A stretch of DNA of 63,790 nt, filler included, from Octopus bimaculoides (taxonomy: Eukaryota), in NCBI RefSeq assembly GCF_001194135.2. It is 7 parts of 6 records of this genome, joined end to end, with 100 filler letters (N's around TTAATTAATTAA, not from the genome) between each part and the next. Parts side by side here need not be neighbours in the genome. Positions count along the whole stretch, not along the records: positions 48,889 to 54,193 come from NC_068985.1; positions 54,294 to 58,959 come from NC_069007.1; positions 59,060 to 61,828 come from NC_068991.1; positions 61,929 to 63,790 come from NC_068987.1; 3 more parts are not named here. One strand, given 5' to 3'. The first letter of the stretch is position 1; every line of letters starts with the position of its first letter. Under the pieces are notes generated by a model. The model had not been told where the DNA came from and ran no database searches. It worked only from the letters and a program-made list of their open reading frames with translations. Shown here piece by piece: positions 53,701 to 63,790 of the stretch. A program made the position numbers and the translations under genes.

Positions 53701-55188
53701 ACCCCCCACTTACACACACACATGTATATACACACTCATACATACACACATGCATACATACACACATGCATACATACATACGAAAAATATATCCTGTTGT
53801 TGATGTTGAAACTGCAATGAAGGAGCTTTGGATCTAGGTTAGAAACCGGTTCTTTCTCTCTTGGCAAGAAATCATGAACTAAACTGAATAATAACACACA
53901 TACATACATACATACATACATACATACATACGTACATACATACATACAATCATACATACATAGCATACATATATATCTATATATTATACTAATAAAAATA
54001 TCATTGACAATGACTTCGGAGTTTCGGCGGCAGTTGGATTAACTGGCCGAAACCGTGAAGTCAATCGATTATATTCTTGTCTAAGAATAATCAATTTGTA
54101 CTCTAAAAAAGTATAGAATAATTAATCAGATTAATGTAAAATTGTTTTTATAAACAAACAAACATAAAAACAAACATTAATATATATATATATNNNNNNN
54201 NNNNNNNNNNNNNNNNNNNNNNNNNNNNNNNNNNNNNTTAATTAATTAANNNNNNNNNNNNNNNNNNNNNNNNNNNNNNNNNNNNNNNNNNNNGCTTTAA
54301 TTGAAGTGATGCCTGCAGCCGCAAGGACATCTGTGTTTGGAATAAAAAACAAAACAAAACACGCATCTTTCTTAAAATGCTCGTTACTGGCAGTATGCAG
54401 ACAAAAAATAGAAGAGGCGACAGAGTGTCCCCTTGAAAGATTCCTCTTTTCATATTTACCCCTCCCAGCTTATCTCCCCATGCTGTGAATTCAGTTCGCC
54501 ATGTTGCCATTGAGTTTTGTATTAACTTCAGGATATTGTGGGGGACATTAAACAGTTTAAGGCATTCAATAATCCACAAGTGTGGGACCATGTCATATGC
54601 TTTCCTGTAGTCCACCCATGCCATCGCCAAATTTCTGTGTCACTTCTTGCTATCAGCCAGGATAGTCTTATCGACTAGTAATTGATCCTTCGTTCCTCTG
54701 CTCTTACGTCTACACCCCTTTTGTTCCACTGGTAGTAGGTAGTTCTTATCTTGTTACTTATAGATACTGTTCGATATGATAGCGTTATCAGTTTCCACAT
54801 CAGTGGCAAACAACCGCATTCCTTTTACTTAGGTCCTTCTGGCATAGTACCGTTCTTCCTTTTGTCATCCAGGGCAGTACTTAGATATTACTACTCAGTA
54901 TTTCGTCCAGCAATCTCGCAATTCTCCTGTGCTGAGCTGTTAAGGTTTTTAGCCAAAAGCCCTGAACCCCATGTGGGCCAGGCGCTTTCCAGTTAGGAAT
55001 TCTCCTGCACTGTTCTCTAACCATCTCCTCGGTTATTCTCAAATCCTTCCGCTGATGCTCTCCACTTTGAGTGTCTTTAACCACTCTGCTTCAATTTCGT
55101 GCTGTTTCTCCCGAGATCATGTTTGCCCAGAATATTATGCTTTCTTCAGCATCCGGCACAGCTTTTTCACTTTTTTCTTTCTCATCCA

Positions 55189-55302
55189 GTTGTGAGTGTT
55201 TATTGAGCGAAGACACCTAAAGTTCCACGAAGCTCCGGCAGGGGATGGTGGCGAACCCTGCTGTACTCTTCCACCACAAATTTCTCTCACTCTTATTTCC
55301 TG
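55189..55302 (+). mobile_element. Internal fragment of SINE family B inside Dong
   Basis: ttgtgagtgtttattgagc..ctcactcttatttcctg matches the interior of family B. Confidence 0.9.
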
Positions 55303-55760
55303 ATTGACTCGTTCCTGATTTTGTTCGAAAAGTGTTTTCCCTGCATTGCTCAATTCTCTGTTCATATCTCTTTAGTTTATGTGCTTTAACTTTAAACCTC
55401 TGCTTTAATTCCTCAATCACAACATAAATTCCCTTTCTCTTCACCCAATATACTTCCTCTCTAGCTGAACATATTTCTCTCGCTGAGCTACATTTCTCTT
55501 TTTCCGTTCCAGAATATCAATATATTTTCTGGTCTCATTAATAAACTGCGTTATTCTCCTTTAACACCATAGTTCCTTCAGGTTATGTTGACATTTACCT
55601 TTGGCTTTCAAACCTAACTTCCGCGCTATAAAGATCGAGATGGCATTTATCAGATTGTTGGTGTCTGTGATATCATCAGTGATATCATTTATCTTCCTGA
55701 CCCATTCATAGATTTTCTTTCTGTCTACTTTTTTAAAACCCATATAAAACCTCTGTTCAC

Positions 55761-56112
55761 CTGCTGCTGCTGAGACCCCCTTCGGTCACGACTGACCATG
55801 GGATTGAACCTAGAAAGTTACCCTCCCAGGCAAGGTTGTTTTATGTCCGGGCAAGGTTGTTTTATGGAAGACCAGCAGTCGCCCATGTATACCAACCTCC
55901 ACTCTCCACACCACTGATGTTATCCAAGGGAAAGGCAGAGTCTGATACAGCTTGGCACCAGTGACATCACAACTCATTTCTACAGCTGAGTGAATTGGAG
56001 CAACGTGAAATGAAGTGTCTTGCTCAAGAACACAACACGCAGCTCGGTCGGGGATTCGAACTTACAATCTCACGATCTTAAGCTCGACGCTCTAACCACT
56101 GAGCCACGCGCC
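55761..56112 (-). mobile_element. tRNA-derived SINE, family A, full length, inserted into Dong
   Basis: Head ggcgcgtggctcagtggttagagc..gttcgaatccc (A and B boxes); (CAG)n tail; 5-bp TSD ttcac at 55756-60 and 56113-17. The Dong frame rejoins across it. Confidence 0.9.
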
Positions 56113-56747
56113 TTCACAAGAGGTCCAGAGGTCCAAATATCTATAATTTCATTTAAAACGGATATCTGTTCCTCGGTTCTCTCATCGCTTTCCTGATCAA
56201 TAAGCTCAGCCTCATGCTCATTTTCTTCCTTCAACTCCACTGCCATTCTCTTCCTCATCCTTCCGTTCACCGCTGGTCTTGCTATCCCTAAACACCAGTC
56301 TCTTAATGCTTTCTAGTTCAACTAGAGATAACCATTCATTCTTAGCTTGGTCACACAGATTTTGCTCACTTTATTCAAATAGGCCTCTGTCGCTCCATGC
56401 CTTGTGCATTTTTTCCTATATCCCCTAGCGGGTACTTCATTATTATTCCTCGGACTACCAAGAAAGTAGCACTCCGTTACAACCACAATCATTTCTTTCG
56501 TTCACCTTTTAGTAGTTGCTTGATGACGACTGGGCCCACGCTGCTCACCCGTGGGGCACCCGTGGGGCACCCGTGGGGCACCCGTCTGGCGAGAGACCTT
56601 CACGAGTTGTTCCAGCCTCATTCACACCGTTCTCATTTCTATTCTTATTTGTCATTTCAGCACTCATGATGAGGGTTAGTGAATTTTAGGCTGCACAACT
56701 ACCTGTATTTTTCCCGTGACGCCATCACTGACAGGATCTGCCCAGGA

Positions 56748-56778
<31 letters not shown>

Positions 56779-56793
56779 ATTATTATTATTATT

Positions 56794-57048
56794 CAGTAGT
56801 TTTATTTTTATAACGTGCTTTCACTTCACTACCGAGCGCAGCTCTGTGCGCCTTGGGTATGTGCTGTGGTTTGCTGTGGTGCTCTTAGGGTTACTGTATT
56901 GAAAGTGTTTTGCGTAGGATGTGTGCAGTGCCCAGTAGTGTTTTTGTTATGTATTTGCCTGAATATTTTTTTATTATACCTAAGGCACCAACTATGATAG
57001 GAATTGTTTCTGTTTTTAGATTCCACATTCGAGTTACCTCTATTTCCA
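56794..57048 (-). mobile_element. R4/Dong-clade 3' end (C-terminus of REL endonuclease plus 3' UTR) followed by (AAT)n
   Basis: Minus-strand translation EIEVTRMWNLKTETIPIIVGALGIIKK..LLGTAHILRKTLSIQ*, matching the usual Dong/R4 C-terminus. Short 3' UTR ends in the (AAT)n tract at 56749-56793. Confidence 0.85.
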
Positions 57049-57483
57049 NNNNNNNNNNNNNNNNNNNNNNNNNNNNNNNNNNNNNNNNNNNNNNNNNNNN
57101 NNNNNNNNNNNNNNNNNNNNNNNNNNNNNNNNNNNNNNNNNNNNNNNNNNNNNNNNNNNNNNNNNNNNNNNNNNNNNNNNNNNNNNNNNNNNNNNNNNNN
57201 NNNNNNNNNNNNNNNNNNNNNNNNNNNNNNNNNNNNNNNNNNNNNNNNNNNNNNNNNNNNNNNNNNNNNNNNNNNNNNNNNNNNNNNNNNNNNNNNNNNN
57301 NNNNNNNNNNNNNNNNNNNNNNNNNNNNNNNNNNNNNNNNNNNNNNNNNNNNNNNNNNNNNNNNNNNNNNNNNNNNNNNNNNNNNNNNNNNNNNNNNNNN
57401 NNNNNNNNNNNNNNNNNNNNNNNNNNNNNNNNNNNNNNNNNNNNNNNNNNNNNNNNNNNNNNNNNNNNNNNNNNNNNNNNNNN

Positions 57484-57864
57484 GGCCCAGTTAGAATTTT
57501 TTTCAGGTCGAGCAACCTATCCCGCTCAAAAGGTCCCTGAATTAAGGTTGTTTAAAGATGTTGAACAAAACACCCATGTTTCCAGAGGTGAATTATCCAG
57601 ACTCCAAAGAATTCTTCTCAACACATAGCTATAATGCTCCCCCACTACTTCTGCTCGTGATCAGAGATGCACATATCGTCAGCCACCAAGGGACATGCTC
57701 AACTGGTTAAGGTCAAACAACTGACAAGCAAATCTGTGGTATCAAGCAGAATATTTGCTGTAGCCCAACTTTTTATACCAAGACAAAGCAATGTACGTGA
57801 TAACACTTCCAATCAGCTAAGATCAGAAGCCATGAGAGCCACTGCCTGGTACTGCATCATGGGA

Positions 57865-57865
<1 letters not shown>
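57484..57865 (-). mobile_element. ORF-less interspersed element 'F', copy 2 (5' part; remainder in gap)
   Basis: Aligns by eye with 17567-17880 (e.g. ctacttctgctcgtgatcaga.atgcacatatcgtcagccaccaagggacatgctcaactggtta). Abuts (TTA)n at 57866-57897. Confidence 0.8.
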
Positions 57866-57898
<33 letters not shown>

Positions 57899-58092
57899 AC
57901 CTCCTCCTCGTCTTCCCCCACTTTCCCCGCACCAGTTTTAAGTAACCCATCCTTATACAAATAGTAACGTGTTCTGGTAACGTCTTGCTCACGAGATTCC
58001 CCTGCGGCAAATATAAGAAAAACAGCATCATCATCATCATCACCATCATCATCATTGTCATCAACCTCTCCTCATTATAATTACAATATGGT

Positions 58093-58300
58093 AGAAGAAG
58101 AAGAAGAAGCAGAAGAAGAAGCAGAAGAAGAAGAGGAAGAAGAGGAAGAAAGAGAAGAAAAATGCAGGAGACGAAGAAGTAGAAGGTGAAGAAGAAGAAG
58201 AAGAAGAAGAAGAAGAAGAAGAAGAAGAAGGTGATGATGAAGAAGAAGAAGAAGAAGAAGAAGAAGAAGGTGATGATGAAGAAGAAGAATAATAAGAAGA
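58093..58300 (+). repeat. (GAA)n microsatellite with interruptions
   Basis: Directly visible. Confidence 0.95.
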
Positions 58301-58458
58301 ATGTGATAAAGAAGACTGTATAGGTTCGGGAAGGAGGTCATGGGACGGTTTCTTGCCCGGAGGCGGAAGGGATTGGGGTGTACGTGGTGGAGGTCACGTA
58401 ATTATGTGACTGCAGTGAAGGGTTCACACAGGCATTAATGTCTGAGTGACAGTAGGAT

Positions 58459-58511
<53 letters not shown>

Positions 58512-58608
58512 TGCACGTTCACTGCCACCACGAGTACCATCACCACAACTGCCAGCGCCACCACCGTCACCGTCACGTAAGCATCTGTTATCAAAACCAT
58601 ACATACAT

Positions 58609-58648
<40 letters not shown>

Positions 58649-58753
58649 ATGTGTATGTGTACACACACACACATATGTGTATGTGTACACACACAAGTAA
58701 CGGACAAAAACTGAGTAATAAATACTGCGTTGTTGGATGAATAACTTCTTTCA

Positions 58754-58891
58754 TATTTCTTTATTACCTACAAGGGGCTAAACATAGAGGGGACAAACAA
58801 GGACAGACAAAGGGATTAAGTCGATTACATCGAAACCCAGTGCGTAACTGGTACTTAAATTATCGACCCCGAAAGGATGAAAGTCAAAGTT
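58754..58891 (-). mobile_element. 5'-truncated SINE family C variant with 25-bp TSD
   Basis: Perfect direct repeat gttgttggatgaataacttctttca at 58729-53 and 58892-916. Confidence 0.9.
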
Positions 58892-59059
58892 GTTGTTGGA
58901 TGAATAACTTCTTTCAGTTGAGTGGATGATGTTAGTGGGGTACCTATGTTTTCATGTTGNNNNNNNNNNNNNNNNNNNNNNNNNNNNNNNNNNNNNNNNN
59001 NNNTTAATTAATTAANNNNNNNNNNNNNNNNNNNNNNNNNNNNNNNNNNNNNNNNNNNN

Positions 59060-59096
<37 letters not shown>

Positions 59097-59804
59097 ATGT
59101 ATATATGTATGTATGTACGCATGTATGTATGTATGTATGTATGTATGTGTATATATATATATATATATATATGCATATATATATATATACATATACATAT
59201 ACATATAAGTATATATATGTATATATATGTAAGTATACGGGTTTGTGTGTGTATACAGGTGTGCGTATGTAAAGAGAGGAATGTATATATGTCGTTATAT
59301 ACACTAATTTCGGTAATATATACGTTCACATATGCACACGTGCACCTGAATATATGTATCTAACATCATCATTTTGAGCTTACGAACACATATGGTTATA
59401 CACAAACACACGCACGCACATATGCATATATGACTGTATACAATATGATTGTATACTCAGGGCATAAAATCTTATTGTTGTATACTGAAAATATCCCATC
59501 TGCATTCTTGTTTCCAGTGTGTTTCTCTGATAATATAAAAGGATTTCAATTAGACTATTAAGCACTGCTGCCCTTACACATAGGCTCGCGTGCGTTCATA
59601 TATTGGTACACACTTTCATGTAGCAAACTTTCATGATTTTATACGACTGTTGTATATTCTGTACATGTTTTAGTTCAACAGTGGCTGTTGTAGTGAATTA
59701 TTATGGAATATTTAGATTACATAACGTTTGGTATTTATTATCTTTTTTCTCTCTGTGGTACATGTAACATTCATTCTTTGTGTTAATGTTCTATAGATAC
59801 GAAT

Positions 59805-60194
59805 CAGTGGTTCTGAACTATTCTTTACCTATGGACCATTATGATTCTTATTTTATTCTGATGGACTACAGAGCCATTCCACATTTTAAAAGTAGTTTCA
59901 TAGATATTTCTTTATTAACTTCTATTTTGTTTTCCGGGCGTTCTCTTGTGTAAGGTAGCAACACTGTTCTCTGAATTAACATGTTTCATTGACCAGCAAC
60001 GTGTTAAATTGTGTTAAAGATTAGATTAAGAAAATGTAACTATTTCTTGCAATACATACATCTAAAGCAGAGTGTTTTCATGGACGATTAAAATACTACT
60101 GAGGATGCCTAATTTATTATTATACATGAGTGAGGGCCCCAAAATACCTATACGGAAAGGCAGGGTCCATATGGACAGCGGTTGAGAACCACTG
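59805..60194. mobile_element. hAT-type MITE
   Basis: TIRs cagtggttctgaac / gttgagaaccactg; degenerate 8-bp TSD atacgaat / atataaat. Confidence 0.8.
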
Positions 60195-60344
60195 ATATAA
60201 ATCCAAGTACCAAAATACCGCCGTAATTCTAATGCCTCGATTCATATGCTCATGTGTTTATGTGTGTGTGAGTATATGTATGTGATTGTGTTTATACATA
60301 TATATGTATGTATGTATGTATTTGTGTGTGTGTGTGTGTGTCTG

Positions 60345-60403
<59 letters not shown>

Positions 60404-60911
60404 NNNNNNNNNNNNNNNNNNNNNNNNNNNNNNNNNNNNNNNNNNNNNNNNNNNNNNNNNNNNNNNNNNNNNNNNNNNNNNNNNNNNNNNNNNNNNNNNN
60501 NNNNNNNNNNNNNNNNNNNNNNNNNNNNNNNNNNNNNNNNNNNNNNNNNNNNNNNNNNNNNNNNNNNNNNNNNNNNNNNNNNNNNNNNNNNNNNNNNNNN
60601 NNNNNNNNNNNNNNNNNNNNNNNNNNNNNNNNNNNNNNNNNNNNNNNNNNNNNNNNNNNNNNNNNNNNNNNNNNNNNNNNNNNNNNNNNNNNNNNNNNNN
60701 NNNNNNNNNNNNNNNNNNNNNNNNNNNNNNNNNNNNNNNNNNNNNNNNNNNNNNNNNNNNNNNNNNNNNNNNNNNNNNNNNNNNNNNNNNNNNNNNNNNN
60801 NNNNNNNNNNNNNNNNNNNNNNNNNNNNNNNNNNNNNNNNNNNNNNNNNNNNNNNNNNNNNNNNNNNNNNNNNNNNNNNNNNNNNNNNNNNNNNNNNNNN
60901 NNNNNNNNNNN

Positions 60912-60956
<45 letters not shown>

Positions 60957-61379
60957 TACATATTGATATGCCTTTGAGAACGTATGTATGTACAAATACA
61001 CGTATATGAGTGTGTGTTGCTTATGTGTGTTCGTGATGCTAAATTAACACACATGACATTTGCCATAGAAGAAGAAAATGGTTAAGGAACACAAAATAGA
61101 ACAAAGCCGACAACAGCACTAAGAGTCCATTCACACCACTCCTATAATGGGGGATCGGCAGTCACTTCTAACCTTAAACGGGGCATTGTTGCTGACCAAG
61201 CCATAGTTACGTGATAGGAAAGTGGTTGAAATAGTCGTAGTAGGCGTGTCCACTCACTCAAATCGCAGCTCATCCACTTTTTCGTTAATTCTTCTGCAAG
61301 CACACACGCACAGACATGCACGCGCACTACGCTCAGACATATGTGTAGATAACGATATGAATGCATGTATGTACGTATA

Positions 61380-61421
<42 letters not shown>

Positions 61422-61782
61422 NNNNNNNNNNNNNNNNNNNNNNNNNNNNNNNNNNNNNNNNNNNNNNNNNNNNNNNNNNNNNNNNNNNNNNNNNNNNNNN
61501 NNNNNNNNNNNNNNNNNNNNNCACACACACACACACACACACTCACACACACACAAACACATACATACAAATTCGTGCGCGCGCGCGCGCGTGTGTGTGT
61601 TTGTATGTGTTTTTGTATGTATATTTGTTTCCGCTCCATTTTTAATTATTAGAATTTCTCGAAGAAAGAACAAACTCCTGCGCTGGAATCTGGATAACAA
61701 CCAGAATAGACGTTACATGTTGAACATTAGCAAAATCTGTATTCATTCATTCATGTCTACATAGTAGTCCATATATGCATGC

Positions 61783-61828
<46 letters not shown>

Positions 61829-61928
61829 NNNNNNNNNNNNNNNNNNNNNNNNNNNNNNNNNNNNNNNNNNNNTTAATTAATTAANNNNNNNNNNNNNNNN
61901 NNNNNNNNNNNNNNNNNNNNNNNNNNNN

Positions 61929-61959
<31 letters not shown>

Positions 61960-62169
61960 AAACTTACTGTATAAAGGTTAACGCGTGCGTTCTGTCGTGA
62001 TACAAACAATATATGAGTATATGCATAAATATGTACATGTATGTATATACCTTCATCCACATGTACATATAGATACATAACTGGGTACATGACGTGGCAA
62101 AAGAACATGTTTGTATATATATATATATATATATACACGCTCACTCATACATATACACTTAAAGTTGCA

Positions 62170-62795
62170 GAATAATTGCTACTAATCGAAATACCTATTA
62201 GATTTTATGCATGTTTGGGTCGCATACAATGTTGACATCCCGGAATCGAGATATTCTTCACAGGCGTTTTGAACCACTGAATGGTTGTAAGAGTTATCCT
62301 TTCTCAGGAAGTTATTGAAGAACTTGAAAACTTGTTAGTTGTTTGGACAGAGGTTTAGAGAGTAAGTTGAGTGAAGTAGAGTTCTGTGGTTCGGTTTGTT
62401 CGATTATTGCAGAAAAAATCTTCAATAAAAATCTTTTATTGCAGATTATTGTCAGGGAGAAATTTGGTAATAGGGCGGCGAGAGGTTTGGGGAGTAAGAA
62501 TGGGTAAAGTAGAGTAATTACTATTGTTCGGTTTGTTCCATTACTGTAGAGTCATTGCAGGGACCTGTGGTTAGAGTTTCTTATGAAGAAGAATAGACCC
62601 ATTTTTAAGACCTGCAACCTCCAATGTAAACGTTGAAATTCTATGAACACTGTTGATTTCCTGGCAATACTTCTCTACTGTTATGATTTCTCCTGGATTC
62701 AAGAAATAACAGAGAATGGTCTCACTTGTTGACCACCAAAATATTAACCATAACCTTTTGAAGCAACATCGGTGTCAGTTTGGAAAATTGCTTCA
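62170..62795 (-). mobile_element. Mariner transposase catalytic-domain remnant
   Basis: QKVMVNI/FWWS..YFLNPGEIITVEKYCQEI..GSILLH; YSPNLSP.YY; VFKFFNNFLR..VVQNACEEYLDSR. Confidence 0.85.
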
Positions 62796-63790
62796 GTGCT
62801 TCCTATAAGTTTGTAGAAGAAAAGCTTTGACACTGCTTAAATTGAAAAAAAAAATGGTTTTGGGTTTTTTTGGGTGGGGGCGGTTATTAACTCTTTAAAT
62901 GATGTTAAATATCTACCGAAAAATAAAAATGGTATTTTCTGCAAGTCATGTTGCCTCAGTAAACTTGACATATCACAAATAAAAATTAAGTTCTAAACAT
63001 GGAATTCCTCTACAGAAGATAGATTAGTATATAAAACAGCTTTACATAATTAAGAGTAATGAAATTTTGAACGGATATATCTGATTTCTTTTACTTAAAG
63101 GGTTAACCAGACAGGGACTTTTCTTCCTCTACTCTTATCATGACATTATACAAAAATAAATCTTTTTGTTTTTTGTCAACATTTCTATACTGCCCCCTTT
63201 CCCTTCGCCATTGTATGTGACATCACTCTTTATTTTATATACAATTCACTTCCACGATATCAAAAAAAAAAAACAGCTTTTCTCTCAGATTTTCGTTCTT
63301 TCGTTCTGTTCATGTTTTGTATTTATTTGTAATATGTCTAACAATATTGTTTATCAAATATTTTTGTAGTCGTGCACGAGATATTTCACAAATATTTTCT
63401 ACTTGCTGGTCTCTTACTTGCTATATACGTGATAAATATAAGCTTTCTTGGTCTCATTTAGGTACATTATTCTAAATAGTTTTAAATTTTCTTGCATGTG
63501 TGTGTGTTTTTATTTCTTTTGTTCGTTTTATTTCTATTTATTCCTTTTTTTTTTGTCTAGTCTTGATAATTTACTTAGCGAGCAATTTAGCATATTATAA
63601 CGATAAAATGTTACTGAAGCAGACAGTGTATATTAACTAATTCTTTTCATTTATCTCGGCTTTGAATGTTAATCTAATATATGTATATATGTGTGTGTGA
63701 GTATAAATTCATAAACATACATATTGGTATATATAAATATATAAATATATAAATTCATAGACATACATATTGATACATATATATATATAC

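Larger units (their letters stand above)
54360..56748 (-). mobile_element. R4/Dong-clade non-LTR retrotransposon: 5' end, N-terminal region and first half of reverse transcriptase (degenerate, 3'-truncated, interrupted by two SINE insertions)
   Basis: ATG at 56667. Manual translation gives [93 protein letters not shown] and RGIFQGDTLSPLLF, all typical of R4/Dong ORFs. Stops and frameshifts present; similarity ends before the YMDD motif. Confidence 0.9.

Noticed and set aside
56060-56112. tRNA-like sequences (also 23673, 30190, 4058, 9480)
   Set aside because: A and B boxes continue directly into SINE bodies and no complete cloverleaf is evident; these are SINE heads, not tRNA genes.
56668-56748. 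Possible HDV-like ribozyme at the Dong 5' end
   Set aside because: Only a simple hairpin (cctgt..gtga/tcac..acagg) is visible and I could not thread the nested double pseudoknot by eye. A descriptor search is needed to exclude it.

Overview
AT-rich eukaryotic genomic DNA from a gappy draft assembly. The tRNA-derived SINE families and dense (TA)n/(CA)n/(AAT)n microsatellites point to a cephalopod, most likely Octopus (inference from memory of these repeats, not a database search). No host protein-coding gene is confidently supported; almost all listed ORFs are microsatellite or N-gap read-throughs. The window holds decayed mobile elements: an R4/Dong-clade non-LTR retrotransposon array sitting in (TAA)n repeats, RTE LINE fragments, a Helitron Rep remnant, three Tc1/mariner transposase remnants, several MITEs with visible TIRs/TSDs, and more than 20 SINE copies or fragments from about six families. 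Six 100-nt N-TTAATTAATTAA-N blocks are artificial scaffold joins, so continuity across them is not guaranteed. The best candidate for a distinct system is an ORF-less element, found twice and each time flanked by (TAA)n, one copy lying head-to-tail with Dong elements; it may be a non-autonomous, microsatellite-targeted companion. Other notable signals are an apparently heterozygous SINE insertion, a microhomology-flanked SINE fragment captured inside Dong, and degenerate hammerhead-ribozyme-like motifs. Novelty of all of these is unverified. Family labels A-G are my own working names.
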